Assembly (NCBI GenBank): GCA_040217195.1
Contig: JAVJNR010000004.1
Span: 960,001-1,024,000 of the forward strand
From: Leptospiraceae bacterium
Lineage (GTDB): Bacteria; Spirochaetota; Leptospiria; Leptospirales; Leptonemataceae
Length of the DNA: 64,000 nt
Reading direction: 5' to 3'
The notes below the pieces were generated by a model. It was not told the origin of the DNA. It worked only from the letters and a program-made list of their open reading frames with translations, and made no database searches. The stretch's first letter is position 1, and each line of letters opens with the position of its first letter. Both the position numbers and the translations under genes were made by a program. Positions 39,410-51,896 of this stretch are shown here, piece by piece.

Positions 39410-40306
39410 CTATTGAGGATGCTTCAGAAAGGAAGATTCCATATCTGCGATGTCCTTACGGGTAACGGTTTCCAGTATGCTAATGGCGAGAATTAAGGTT
39501 CCGCCAATGATCGTTAGTAAATCCGGGATTTCACTCAGCAATGCCGCAGCCAGAAGGATTCCGTACATAGGCTCCAGGCTGACTATCATTCCCACCCGGC
39601 GAGCCTCCAGATGCCTCATACTGAACGTTATTAGTAAATACGGAAGCCCGGAAAAAAATAGGGCGATGTACCCAAGCCTGGCCCAATCCATAGCCCCAAG
39701 ACTCATCGAAACAGCAAACACTGAAAAAAGCAAAGCTGTGATAAGAGATTCGTAGAAGTTAATGGTAACACTTGAAATCTCACGAACCGCTTTACGGGTT
39801 ACTAACATAACGATCGCCACAAGAATACCCGATGCAGTCCCTGAGAGTAGTCCATACCATCTTTCCGCCGGAAGGCCGAATCCCAATTCGCCAGGCGCGA
39901 TCAGGAAGAGTCCGAGAATCACCGTAGCCCCGGTCAATAGATTGCGAATCCGAAACCTCTCCCGGAAGAAAACAGGCTCAAAAAGGGCCAGCCATACCGG
40001 AAAGGAAAAGGTTGAGATCAGCGCAATGGCTACTGTGGACACCTGGATTGCAAAAATGAAAGTCCACCATTGAAAAGCCTGAAGTATGCCCAGCAAAAAA
40101 ACAATGCGAAAATCACTCCATGATCTCAGGCGAAGGGAACGACCCGCGATCCAGACCATGAGCGCCAGACCCAGACACTGAATTAAGGAACGACCAAATA
40201 CAATGGAGGCAGAGGAAGCAGGAATGACCTTTAAGGTGGGCCCAAGAAAACCAAGCAGGATTGCCGATAGATGAACAAGCAGTAAACTTTGCGCTCCTGG
40301 CTTCAT
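39410..40306 (-). CDS. DMT/EamA family transporter
   Basis: About 10 TM helices; SLEPMYGILLA...GGTLIL. Confidence 0.9.
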   Translation of the reverse strand: MKPGAQSLLLVHLSAILLGFLGPTLKVIPASSASIVFGRSLIQCLGLALMVWIAGRSLRLRSWSDFRIVFLLGILQAFQWWTFIFAIQVSTVAIALISTFSFPVWLALFEPVFFRERFRIRNLLTGATVILGLFLIAPGELGFGLPAERWYGLLSGTASGILVAIVMLVTRKAVREISSVTINFYESLITALLFSVFAVSMSLGAMDWARLGYIALFFSGLPYLLITFSMRHLEARRVGMIVSLEPMYGILLAAALLSEIPDLLTIIGGTLILAISILETVTRKDIADMESSFLKHPQ

Positions 40307-40464
40307 TTAGACTTTCTCCCGGGATAGTTAACCCGTCCTTCGTTGCGCTGCCATCCAACCATTTTATCCCCGAACGAAGCAATGCATTTATTGGGCCCCC
40401 TCGAACCCTGGGATCAAGATATTCTTGTTCTCCAGATGGAGCAGCTCAGACATGAAGAAAGAAC

Positions 40465-42735
40465 ATGGACATCAGGGAATTAAAGAGCCAGGGAATATCG
40501 CTGGTGGCAGTACTCCAGCAAACCCCGCTATTCGAACAAACCTCAACCGAGACCATCAAGGATATTCTTCGAGAAGCTGATTCCGAGTCCTTTGGCCCGG
40601 ATCAAGTGGTAATGATGCAGGGCGAGCCCGGGGATGCTATGTACGTTGTTCTGAACGGAAAACTGCGAGCCAGACGGTCCGGCAATGCTGTGGGAGAAAT
40701 CAACGCCGGTGAATTCTTTGGCGAAGCGGCTTTGCTTACCGATGAAAAAAGACAGGCCACGGTACAGACTGTGACCAGTTGCGACCTAATTCGTATTTCC
40801 AAGGATTTGTTTCAAAAAGTTCTCAATAAGCATCCGGAACAAATGCAGGGTGTAGCGTCTATTATTACCCGCCGAATGCAGTCGATCAAACAGGTCCGCT
40901 ACCGGCCTCCATCCACTGAAATTGTATCCTTTCTTTCGCAGTTACCGATTTTTAAGAACATTCCCTCCCCGCTTCTGCGCAAGCTGGAACCAATTGTTCA
41001 ATGGGAAGACATTCCGGATCAGGAGCTGGTAGTTGAACAGGGTAGCCCGGGAGACGGCATGTATCTGGTGTACAACGGCCGCTTACGATGGATAACCAGG
41101 GATACTGATGGAGAGATCTTACGAGAAGGAATCTTTCGACCTGGTGACGTTTTCGGTGAACTATCAGTCTTAACGGGCGAACCACGATCCGCCACTGTCA
41201 CAACCATTCGAGATTGCGAGCTGATTCGCCTGTCAGGTAAGAGCTTCGAACGACTGATTCATACCGAACCCCGACTATTGCTCGCATTGTCCAGAACCCT
41301 GGCAACCCGCCTTACCGTTCCGAAACAGGAGCAAAAGAATCCGGCTCGAATCTTCTGCATTCTTCCTTTACATCCCAGGATCAACACCTACGATTTTGCG
41401 CATAAGCTGGCCCAAAGTCTTCCTGGAAGTGCCGGGGTCATGACTTCGACTGACATACCAGCAGGGGCAGAAATTGAAGAATCTGCCGAAAGCCTGGAGC
41501 TAAACAGTCGTCTGATATCTCTGGAGCATCGCCATGATTATACCATTCTTGGCGCATCCTATGAAGACAATGCCTGGTCTCGTAAATGTCTGCGGCATAG
41601 TGACTATGTCATTCTACTGGCAGATGCGGGCGAAACCACGCAATTTAGTCCCGTGGAATTGAAGCGGCTTAGCGGTGGTAGCTCCCATGCTACAGACCCC
41701 AGAGAACTGATTCTGCTACATTCAGATTCCAATTCATTCAAGAACACAGCAAATTTTCTCTCCATCCGAAAGGTGCCGCACAGGCATATTCGCAAAACAG
41801 AAATCTCAGATTACCAGCGGCTGGCCCGATCGCTTACAGGCACTTCTGTAAATCTTGTTCTGGGAGGCGGAGGCGCTAGAGGTCTGGCCCACATAGGACT
41901 GTACAAAGCGCTACTCGAATGCGAAGTGCCAATCGATTCTGTAGGAGGCACAAGTTTCGGTGCTATCATTGGCGCCGTAATTGCTCTTGGAAAACAACCG
42001 GGTGAAATCCTTGAATTGGTTCAGGAATTCTTAATTGATGCTGACCCCATGAGTGAGTATTCCATTCCTTTTGTATCTTTAATCCGAGGAAGGCGCTACA
42101 CCAATGCGATTAAGGGTGTATGCGGCGATGCAAATATTGAGGATCTTCCCATTCCTTATTTTGCCATGGCCGCGGATCTCACTGCAGGAGCGCCAATGGT
42201 CTTTGACCGAGGTCCACTCTGGACGGCTACCAGGGCCAGTAGTTCCATTCCCGGGCTGGCACCTCCAATTCTGGTGAACGATCATCTTCTGGTCGATGGA
42301 GGCATCGTAAATAACGTGCCGGCCGATGTAATGCAGGAACGAAGCGGAGGGCGAATCCTGGCGGTTCGAGTGGGTCAGGCTGGTGAGGTCATGGGCGACA
42401 GTGCCCTTTCGGAATTAGTAGCTGAGCAGGGAGAATCCCCGGCCCTTAATCGAGTTCTGAGAAACCGTTTACGTCATAAGAAAAATCGAATTAAGTATCC
42501 GGGGTTTGGGCAACTTGTGCTTCGCTCGGCAATTCTGGGCGGCGATGATCATGAACGTATTTCAAAAAAGTCAGCTACAATATGGACTGAGCTACCGGTA
42601 GAGCAGTACGGACTTCTGGACTGGGATTCTGCCCCTGCATTGATTGAGATTGGTTACAGGCATGCCATGACCAATATGGAACACTGGAAAACGAAACTGA
42701 TTAGGCACTCAAAAAAAACTGGGCCCGGGGATTGA
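40465..42735 (+). CDS. Patatin-like phospholipase with two cNMP-binding domains (NTE-like)
   Basis: Two FGE...R cNMP motifs; GGGGARG, GTSFG, DGG. Confidence 0.93.
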   Translation: MDIRELKSQGISLVAVLQQTPLFEQTSTETIKDILREADSESFGPDQVVMMQGEPGDAMYVVLNGKLRARRSGNAVGEINAGEFFGEAALLTDEKRQATVQTVTSCDLIRISKDLFQKVLNKHPEQMQGVASIITRRMQSIKQVRYRPPSTEIVSFLSQLPIFKNIPSPLLRKLEPIVQWEDIPDQELVVEQGSPGDGMYLVYNGRLRWITRDTDGEILREGIFRPGDVFGELSVLTGEPRSATVTTIRDCELIRLSGKSFERLIHTEPRLLLALSRTLATRLTVPKQEQKNPARIFCILPLHPRINTYDFAHKLAQSLPGSAGVMTSTDIPAGAEIEESAESLELNSRLISLEHRHDYTILGASYEDNAWSRKCLRHSDYVILLADAGETTQFSPVELKRLSGGSSHATDPRELILLHSDSNSFKNTANFLSIRKVPHRHIRKTEISDYQRLARSLTGTSVNLVLGGGGARGLAHIGLYKALLECEVPIDSVGGTSFGAIIGAVIALGKQPGEILELVQEFLIDADPMSEYSIPFVSLIRGRRYTNAIKGVCGDANIEDLPIPYFAMAADLTAGAPMVFDRGPLWTATRASSSIPGLAPPILVNDHLLVDGGIVNNVPADVMQERSGGRILAVRVGQAGEVMGDSALSELVAEQGESPALNRVLRNRLRHKKNRIKYPGFGQLVLRSAILGGDDHERISKKSATIWTELPVEQYGLLDWDSAPALIEIGYRHAMTNMEHWKTKLIRHSKKTGPGD

Positions 42736-42854
42736 AAAGCAGTTTGGCCCGAGGATGCGATGATCCATTGTAAGGAGAGAACGACAACGGTGATGTTTTC
42801 GAGTCGACATAATCATGATGCGATGCGAATAGCGTTAGAATTCTGGAGGAATTC

Positions 42855-43514
42855 ATGAATCTATTCCGACTCTCGCTGACCTTTCTTCTATTGTTCTGTC
42901 TGTCCTGCGAAAAACAGCCAGAACCCGGGGCTCCCGGGCAAACAGAACAAAGCCTGGATAATGCAAATCGTGATTCCACAGACTCCCCGGACAGTACGGA
43001 ACTACATATTCAATCCATTCGCAATGACTACAAAGCGGCCATGGCACTGCCTTTAAAATCTTATGAACGCAACTGTGACGATGGGGCCCTGGTTACCACC
43101 GTAGATGTGCGGTGGAAAGATGGGAAGGTAGTCTGGATTCGCTACTCCGCTGGATATGACCATGGAGTCCAATCCCATGAAGCGTTGTTATCGAATGAAG
43201 AGATAGTTTTCATAATGAAAGAGGAACGAACCTGGAACTTTGACCCGGAAGTACCTCCGTCTGACAGCGGCGAGTCGCATACTGTAGACCAGGCCACGCA
43301 AAATCGCTACTACTATATGGATGGCTCTATGATACGAGCACTGTACAAATCAGTGACAGCCAGATCCATTCAAAAAGAGTCATTGGAAGAGAAACTGCGG
43401 GAGGCGAAGAACCTGGAGCATCCCACGCCAGATGCCGGAGAGGCAATTCAGAAAGTGCGCAGTATTCTGTCATCTTTTGAATCCACCGGAGGGAAGTCAG
43501 CCTGGTGCGAATGA
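42855..43514 (+). CDS. Hypothetical lipoprotein
   Basis: LLLFCLSC lipobox; GGAGG RBS. Confidence 0.78.
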   Translation: MNLFRLSLTFLLLFCLSCEKQPEPGAPGQTEQSLDNANRDSTDSPDSTELHIQSIRNDYKAAMALPLKSYERNCDDGALVTTVDVRWKDGKVVWIRYSAGYDHGVQSHEALLSNEEIVFIMKEERTWNFDPEVPPSDSGESHTVDQATQNRYYYMDGSMIRALYKSVTARSIQKESLEEKLREAKNLEHPTPDAGEAIQKVRSILSSFESTGGKSAWCE

Positions 43515-43564
43515 CCCCGCCCCTTTTTCTGAGGAGCGATGTCGCCGGGATTCCTTGATAGAGG

Positions 43565-44659
43565 ATGCTCACTCCCGTAGCCTTTATATTCCTGGCCGGT
43601 ACCGGAGCCTTCTTGTATGCTGCCCTTGGAATTCTTGGCATTAAACGAAAACATAAAGCCCAATGGCCTATGGTCCTATTGCTCCTTCTTGCAGCAGTAG
43701 GAATGCTGCCTCCCTTCCTGATTTTGAAGGCTCCGCAGTCTTTTTTTGACAATTCATCCTGGATGCGGCTCCTAATTTATTCCCAGTGCTACATTGGAAC
43801 ACTTCTATGGCATCACTTCGCTTTGCTTTTGCCAGTGAATCCAGGAGGGATTTCGAATGATCCAGAAGACCGGGATCGCTGGTTCAGACTTGCGCTTTCG
43901 ATTCTCGATCAAAGAATCCTGATCTGGCTTCTCTATGGTATTCCAACGATTCTATTGTTTTTCACTGCATTTGATTCTGTCTTTCCGGTGAATAATTCCC
44001 TGGAAGAGAACGCGCTACCCTATCTATCTTCCGTACCACCTGCCTGGATTCTCTTTACTGTCATTCTTGCACTTGGCCGTTCTCTTGCCCTCCGCCATTT
44101 ATTCGGGGGTGTGCCAGAACTCGTGTTTTACTTTTTGAGTATCCTGTCATTTAATCTGCTTCTAGTTCTTTCCGGCCTCCTGGGATTACACTCCCTGGCG
44201 ATAGTCGGAAACCTTGGAATGATCCTTCTGGTGTTGCTGTACGGCTACTGGATTCAGCGCCGGCCAACACTCCTGGGAATTGGTCGGGCCTCGGCCCCAT
44301 CGGATGACGATTTGAGTAGAATTATCCAGCTTCGCCAAAAACTGGATGCATTTATGGAATCCGAACGTCCTTACCTGGATGAGGATTTAAACCGATGGAA
44401 GCTCTCTGAGCTTACCGGAATTTCCGAAAGAGAGATTTCGCAGATCTTGAATCACAGACCTGAGTCTGGCTTCACCCATTACATTAATCGTTATCGCGTA
44501 GCCGATGCCTGTCGAATGCTCCAAAGCACTGAAAGCTCCCACCGCTCGATTCTGGATATTACTTATGCCTGCGGATTTAACTCAAAGTCTGTCTTCTACC
44601 AGGCATTTCGTCGCGAAAAGGGCATAACACCATCCGAGTATCGAAATAGAAATCGATAA
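43565..44659 (+). CDS. Membrane-anchored AraC family regulator
   Basis: TM region then PYLDEDL...SILDITYACGFNSKSVFYQAFRR. Confidence 0.9.
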   Translation: MLTPVAFIFLAGTGAFLYAALGILGIKRKHKAQWPMVLLLLLAAVGMLPPFLILKAPQSFFDNSSWMRLLIYSQCYIGTLLWHHFALLLPVNPGGISNDPEDRDRWFRLALSILDQRILIWLLYGIPTILLFFTAFDSVFPVNNSLEENALPYLSSVPPAWILFTVILALGRSLALRHLFGGVPELVFYFLSILSFNLLLVLSGLLGLHSLAIVGNLGMILLVLLYGYWIQRRPTLLGIGRASAPSDDDLSRIIQLRQKLDAFMESERPYLDEDLNRWKLSELTGISEREISQILNHRPESGFTHYINRYRVADACRMLQSTESSHRSILDITYACGFNSKSVFYQAFRREKGITPSEYRNRNR

Positions 44660-44927
44660 TTCAATGAGGTATCGCTTCACCAGCGGAGGCTATTCTGTAG
44701 TTCTTCCACGTGATCGCTCCTGCTGTAACCCTTCAGAAATTCGCAAAGCGCCATACCGCTCTCGGCCCTTGTCAAACGGCGGGAAATGGCCCATCGGACC
44801 ATAGATGAAAGTCGACTGAACTTTATTTTTCTGATTGCCAGTTCGAAATCCGGAATCCGGACGACTTTTCGCTGGCGAGGGCTAGAATAATAGTGAGTGC
44901 AGGCATCATGAGCCTCGGAGGTGCATA

Positions 44928-45698
44928 ATGAGATTCCATTTATTCGAGTTCACGGACCTGGTTCAATGCCCGGCTTTCATTAAATCATCCATTCAAGAAT
45001 ACCTGGATTATGTTTCGGAGCGATTTCAGATCTTTCAAGTTGCAATGCCTTTGCTCGATAAGGCTTTGAAAGGTTCCCGGGCAAGCGAGATACTGGACCT
45101 GGGCTCCGGAGCCGGTAGCGGAATGCAACATGCCTGGAAGCCCCTGATTAAGAGCAACCCCGGCCTGACTATTCAATTGTCAGACTTGAATCCGATCGTT
45201 CCACCACCAGAATTCACGGAGGAAGGGATTGAATACGTGAATGGCTCCGTGGATGCCCGATCAATACCTCGGAATATGCCTGGCTTTCGTACCATGTTTA
45301 CTGTGGCTCATCATTTTCGCCCGGAAGTGCTGAAGAATGTAATTCAAGATGCCCGAAACAGCAACTCGGGACTGGCTATCTTTGAACCAGTACATCGAGG
45401 TATTGCCTCAATACTGAGCATGGTTCTGATTTTACCATGTATGGTTCTAGTTTTTACTCCATTCATACGGCCCCGGAGATTCTCACGATTATTCTTTACC
45501 TACATAATTCCAGTGATTACCTTCGCAATAGTCTGGGATGGCATAGTTTCCTCTTTAAGGGCATATAAACCCGATGAACTATTGAGGCTGGCCCGGTCCA
45601 CCGAGGGACCGGATTGGCACTGGGACTGTGGAATATTGACCGGCCCATCTGGAGTCAAAATAACGTACCTTACCGGTGTGCCTGACCGATCAAACTGA
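44928..45698 (+). CDS. Class I SAM-dependent methyltransferase-like protein
   Basis: ILDLGSGAG, LSDLNP, HHF; GGAGG RBS. Confidence 0.85.
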   Translation: MRFHLFEFTDLVQCPAFIKSSIQEYLDYVSERFQIFQVAMPLLDKALKGSRASEILDLGSGAGSGMQHAWKPLIKSNPGLTIQLSDLNPIVPPPEFTEEGIEYVNGSVDARSIPRNMPGFRTMFTVAHHFRPEVLKNVIQDARNSNSGLAIFEPVHRGIASILSMVLILPCMVLVFTPFIRPRRFSRLFFTYIIPVITFAIVWDGIVSSLRAYKPDELLRLARSTEGPDWHWDCGILTGPSGVKITYLTGVPDRSN

Positions 45699-45877
45699 AG
45701 CCAACCAATTAGAGCGCACATCCCGGTCCTTCGTAGCTCCATGTAGACCGTGTCCCTGTTGAGTTGGAAATCTATTACATAGGCCGGATTCTAGAAGGAG
45801 ACTCAGGAAGCCGGTTGCCATTAGATAGTTAGAATTTATTTTCAGCACAGAGCTATGCTCGAGGACCCGGGAAACTC

Positions 45878-46663
45878 TTGAAGCCTCTGGAAACAATTGC
45901 ATACGTTGCCAACCATCGCTTTCTGGTAGCCGATGGCGCAGCGCTGAATAGCTGGCCAGGAAAATTCTCTAACAATCCAGGGGAAGAAGGTCTGGGATTG
46001 TCATCGGGAATTGTTGCGGTACAATGTCCGCGGCAGGCAGGACCGGCTGCTGTTTTTCTTGAAGTGCATTCCCGGAAACCAGAAGTTAGAGGGAATCGAT
46101 ATTGTAAAGTCCTGGAAGCGTCTATTCAGATTTCAACAGGCATCCTTCGCATCCTGGGAGAGAAAAACACCGAAGGTCACCCTGGCCTGGATTTCCCTCT
46201 CAGAAAGGGACTCTACTCCTTGCGAATCTCTTACTCAGACCTGGACACAGTTAGCTTCGGCGAAGAAAACGGGGCCGAACACTACTGGCTTGATATCTTT
46301 CCAGGAGATTCTACTATCGATCCCTCGAGTGACGATTACAATTCGATTCGTCCATACGAAGATCTGGAATCGGCCGTCAGGGAACCACTTGAGCCATTGG
46401 ATGTGGAGGAATTACACTGGCTAGCTCAGCACCGATCCCCTTCCGTTCGATGCAACTGTGCAGTTGCACTGGCGCGCCAAAAGCAGTTCAAAGCTGTTCA
46501 GCATCTGGCTCTAAACGATTCCTCCCGCGGGGTAAGAATGGTTGCGGTGGGGGCCCTGGCAATGATGGAAGCTCGGACTTTTCTGGAGATGGTTTCGGAC
46601 AGAGAAAGAGGGCTGATTGGTGAAACAGCTCGAAGGCATCTAGATAAGATGGACGGTGAATGA
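45878..46663 (+). CDS. Hypothetical protein with C-terminal HEAT repeats
   Basis: SPSVRCNCAVAL and DSSRGVRMVAVGAL HEAT-like units. Confidence 0.72.
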   Translation: MKPLETIAYVANHRFLVADGAALNSWPGKFSNNPGEEGLGLSSGIVAVQCPRQAGPAAVFLEVHSRKPEVRGNRYCKVLEASIQISTGILRILGEKNTEGHPGLDFPLRKGLYSLRISYSDLDTVSFGEENGAEHYWLDIFPGDSTIDPSSDDYNSIRPYEDLESAVREPLEPLDVEELHWLAQHRSPSVRCNCAVALARQKQFKAVQHLALNDSSRGVRMVAVGALAMMEARTFLEMVSDRERGLIGETARRHLDKMDGE

Positions 46664-46771
46664 CCGGGTTGCAAGAGCCTGCAGTTCCACTGTTTCTGAG
46701 CCGAAAATGTAGTAGACCACTGGCTTTTTGCGAGAGCAAACTCGCACTATCGGAGCTCCTGGATAAAGACA

Positions 46772-47737
46772 ATGGATGATAAGTTTCTCTCGCAGCGTAT
46801 TGTAAAAGCATTCAGGCATATCCCCCCTCTGGAACTGCCGGATGCACCGGTGCATGCAATTAAGGGCCTCAGCGAACATGATGCGGAATTGCTCTATGAT
46901 TCTTTCTGGGTTAAATCCATTCGGGATCTGGCAGATCTACGATTCGTACACTGGGCTCAGGAAATCTGTGCTTTGCGAGATGTACCCCAGGAAAAGATCG
47001 ATATGTATGGCTTTCAGGATAAACTGAATAAAGCCTATGAGCAAACCCCCATTCGAACATTGATGAAATCTCCGGTTCACGTATTGCAGGGACTGAGCGA
47101 AGATGATGCCATTCGTCTGGAGGAGGCATTTCGAATTCGTTCCGTTAAAGATCTGGCTGGCCTAAAGTTTGCACGATTCGCGCAGGAAATCTGTGGTGAG
47201 GCCTACAAGGATTTAAGCGCTCCTATACGACCTAAGAAAAATGCAATGGAGCCTGTGCCCTCATCCGATCGCCGCTGGTGGGCTCCGCTTATCGCCCTAA
47301 TACTAACGGTGCTTGCACTGCTACTTCTGGCCTATTTTGCTCCTATTTGCTTTTCGGGATCGGGCAATCCAGCCCTGGAAACGAAAAATTCCGATGAGCC
47401 AGAAGCAACAGAACAGGCCGTCTCTGACCAGGAGGAGAATCCTGCAGATGATTCAGAAAATGCAGATTCCGATCCTACCCTGGAATCAGGTGACGCTTCA
47501 CAGAACTCAAATAATAATAGCATTCCGGATTCCAGGCAAAGCGATCCATCCACCGCTCAAACATCGGACCATAGACCCGGTGGATCCTATTATGTGCAGA
47601 AAGGAGATACTCTGACAGAAATCAGTAAGCGAATTTATGGCACCACCGGACGATGGAAAGAAATCTACGATGCTAACCATGACAAGATCAAGGATCCCAA
47701 TAACATCTTCCCGGGCGAAGTGCTAAGTTTACCATGA
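46772..47737 (+). CDS. Membrane protein with duplicated N-terminal domain and C-terminal LysM
   Basis: Two ~62-aa repeats, one TM, acidic linker, YYVQKGDTLTEISKRIYG...IFPGEVLSLP. Confidence 0.88.
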   Translation: MDDKFLSQRIVKAFRHIPPLELPDAPVHAIKGLSEHDAELLYDSFWVKSIRDLADLRFVHWAQEICALRDVPQEKIDMYGFQDKLNKAYEQTPIRTLMKSPVHVLQGLSEDDAIRLEEAFRIRSVKDLAGLKFARFAQEICGEAYKDLSAPIRPKKNAMEPVPSSDRRWWAPLIALILTVLALLLLAYFAPICFSGSGNPALETKNSDEPEATEQAVSDQEENPADDSENADSDPTLESGDASQNSNNNSIPDSRQSDPSTAQTSDHRPGGSYYVQKGDTLTEISKRIYGTTGRWKEIYDANHDKIKDPNNIFPGEVLSLP

Positions 47738-47984
47738 TTTCAGTACAGAAAACTTAAAATTCCAGGAATGTATTTTGAGGTCCGCATTGATAATTTGCGA
47801 AACCACGGCACCATTGCAGTTGGTGTCTGATGCTGAATTCTAATTCCTGCTAAAAGGATTACTGATTCCGGATTAGAACTTCCAATTAATATTATGGCTG
47901 TATGGCCTGTGCCCTATTTACTTTATTTTTTTTATTATACTCTGTTTTAATCTGTACTGTTTACTGAAATCCTGGAGGTACGGG

Positions 47985-48275
47985 ATGCTTTCACAATGGC
48001 ATGGCTTTCATGGTTCAAGAAGGGAAACCGCCGAGCAGTTACAGAATGGCTTGCTGGGTGAAGAACCGGTGGATTTGCTTCTGGATGCACATCCAGATGA
48101 GAGTACCGGACAGGAAAATGTACGTATTGAAGTACCGGCAGAAAACACAACGCTGGTATTACAGCAGTTCTGCAGTATGAGCGCCTCCGAAGTGGGCGCT
48201 GCCATTCGACTGCATCTAAACCAGGTTCGCAGAGGTAGATTGCAAAAACAGGACAGCAAAAAAAATGTAAGTTAA
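47985..48275 (+). CDS. Hypothetical protein
   Basis: GGAGG RBS before ATG; followed by a hairpin at 48271-48304. Confidence 0.55.
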   Translation: MLSQWHGFHGSRRETAEQLQNGLLGEEPVDLLLDAHPDESTGQENVRIEVPAENTTLVLQQFCSMSASEVGAAIRLHLNQVRRGRLQKQDSKKNVS

Positions 48276-48393
48276 CCGGGCCGGTTATCGGACCCGGAAT
48301 TAACTGAATTGTATTCCCATTTGCTCGGAATTACTCCAGCCCGGAAATTTGAGCCATTGCTACTGCCAGAACCCGCTGGCCCGGTATCACGCT

Positions 48394-50655
<2,262 letters not shown>

Positions 50656-50806
50656 TCAGGTCCCACCAGAGAACCGGCCTCGGTCGGCACGGTCAAGAAT
50701 TATGGGTATGCGGCAGGATTCACCGAGAATGGAAGCGCCCAAAATTTTGCGGGACACGGCCGCCGCTCTAATGGAAGGGGCCGAATCCCCGCTAATCTAT
50801 TTTAGA

Positions 50807-51235
50807 CTATTCCTGCACTGCCAGGGTGTCGCAGAATTTATTCACGATGGCCGTCCAGCCCTCTCGGTGCCCGTCTCTGGCACCTTCCGTTGGCAGTCCG
50901 GAATGAATAAGTGTAATCTGAGTGCCCTGATCTATGGACTCAAACTCCACTCGTACCAGAGTATCGCTTGCATGAGGACTATTCCATGTAAATTCCAGCA
51001 CTTCATGACGATCGATGGTTTTGTAAACCCCCCAATGAGGAACCGTTTTACCGTCCGGGGAAATCATATCTATTTTGAACTCACCGCCTACACTGGGATC
51101 GCATTGAACATCACTGTGTCCACCGGGTATAGGACAGAACCACCGAGCCATACTTGCAGCATCTAACCAGGCTTCGAATACGCGCTTCTTGTCCAGCTGG
51201 ATGCTTTTGCTTACTACAACGTCGTTTTCATTCAT
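50807..51235 (-). CDS. SRPBCC/AHSA1 domain protein
   Basis: RVFEAWLD...RWF...GGEFKIDM...HREGW. Confidence 0.9.
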   Translation of the reverse strand: MNENDVVVSKSIQLDKKRVFEAWLDAASMARWFCPIPGGHSDVQCDPSVGGEFKIDMISPDGKTVPHWGVYKTIDRHEVLEFTWNSPHASDTLVRVEFESIDQGTQITLIHSGLPTEGARDGHREGWTAIVNKFCDTLAVQE

Positions 51236-51717
51236 TGTTCTTTCCTCCTTTTTCTGGCGGTCTTTTTCGAGTTTCTAGAACTGTAGGCAGGCCCACGCTT
51301 CTTCGCCCGGGCTTCGGAGATTTTTTTACGTTCTGGTGGATGCCCGGATGCATCTCTGGAAGTCTCTTCAGGTGCCCTTTGTTTTGCACCGTCTTCCTGT
51401 AAGAGAAACTGCTCGAGAGAATCCAGACTTCTTTTCCAGAATGTAGAGTAGTATTGGAGTAGATCCATGGCTGGTTTAAGCTCATTGGGACGTGCACTGA
51501 CAATCATCTGTCTGCCTTTCCGTGTACGATCCACAAGATGGGCTTCTTCCAGTACCACCACATGCTTGGATACAGCAGCCAGAGACATCTGAAACGGCTC
51601 CGCCAATTCTCCTACAGTAACTGGACTGACCAGCACACGCTCCAGGATAGATCTCCGGGTTCCATCGGATAGAGCATGAAATATTTGGTCCAGGCCTGAA
51701 CCTTGATTATCAACCAT
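51232..51717 (-). CDS. ArsR/SmtB family transcriptional repressor
   Basis: FHALSDGTRRSIL, VGELAEPFQMSLAAVSKHVVVLEEA; ATGA overlap with the SRPBCC gene. Confidence 0.93.
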   Translation of the reverse strand: MVDNQGSGLDQIFHALSDGTRRSILERVLVSPVTVGELAEPFQMSLAAVSKHVVVLEEAHLVDRTRKGRQMIVSARPNELKPAMDLLQYYSTFWKRSLDSLEQFLLQEDGAKQRAPEETSRDASGHPPERKKISEARAKKRGPAYSSRNSKKTARKRRKEQ

Positions 51718-51764
51718 ATGGTTGAGTATAAATAGTCTTCCCTATTAGTCAACTAATTGGTTGA
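51710..51764 (-). promoter_or_regulatory. ArsR promoter with two palindromic operators
   Basis: TTGACT-N16-TATACT; perfect palindrome TCAACCATATGGTTGA (51710-51725) over the ATG and TCAACTAATTGGTTGA (51749-51764) over the -35. Confidence 0.85.
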
Positions 51765-51896
51765 GTTACTGTTATCCGCCCTGCCAGACCGTGCAGGGAA
51801 TAGTCCATCGATGTAGAAGGAAACCTTCCGTTGCAGCAGCCAAAACCGTGTCTACAGACAATGGAGGAATCCGCGTAGGTTCAATTCTGGAGCTAT

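Noticed and set aside
40465..42735. CBASS or Pycsar effector
   Set aside because: The architecture is the ordinary NTE-like cNMP-cNMP-patatin, with no adjacent cyclase or CD-NTase.
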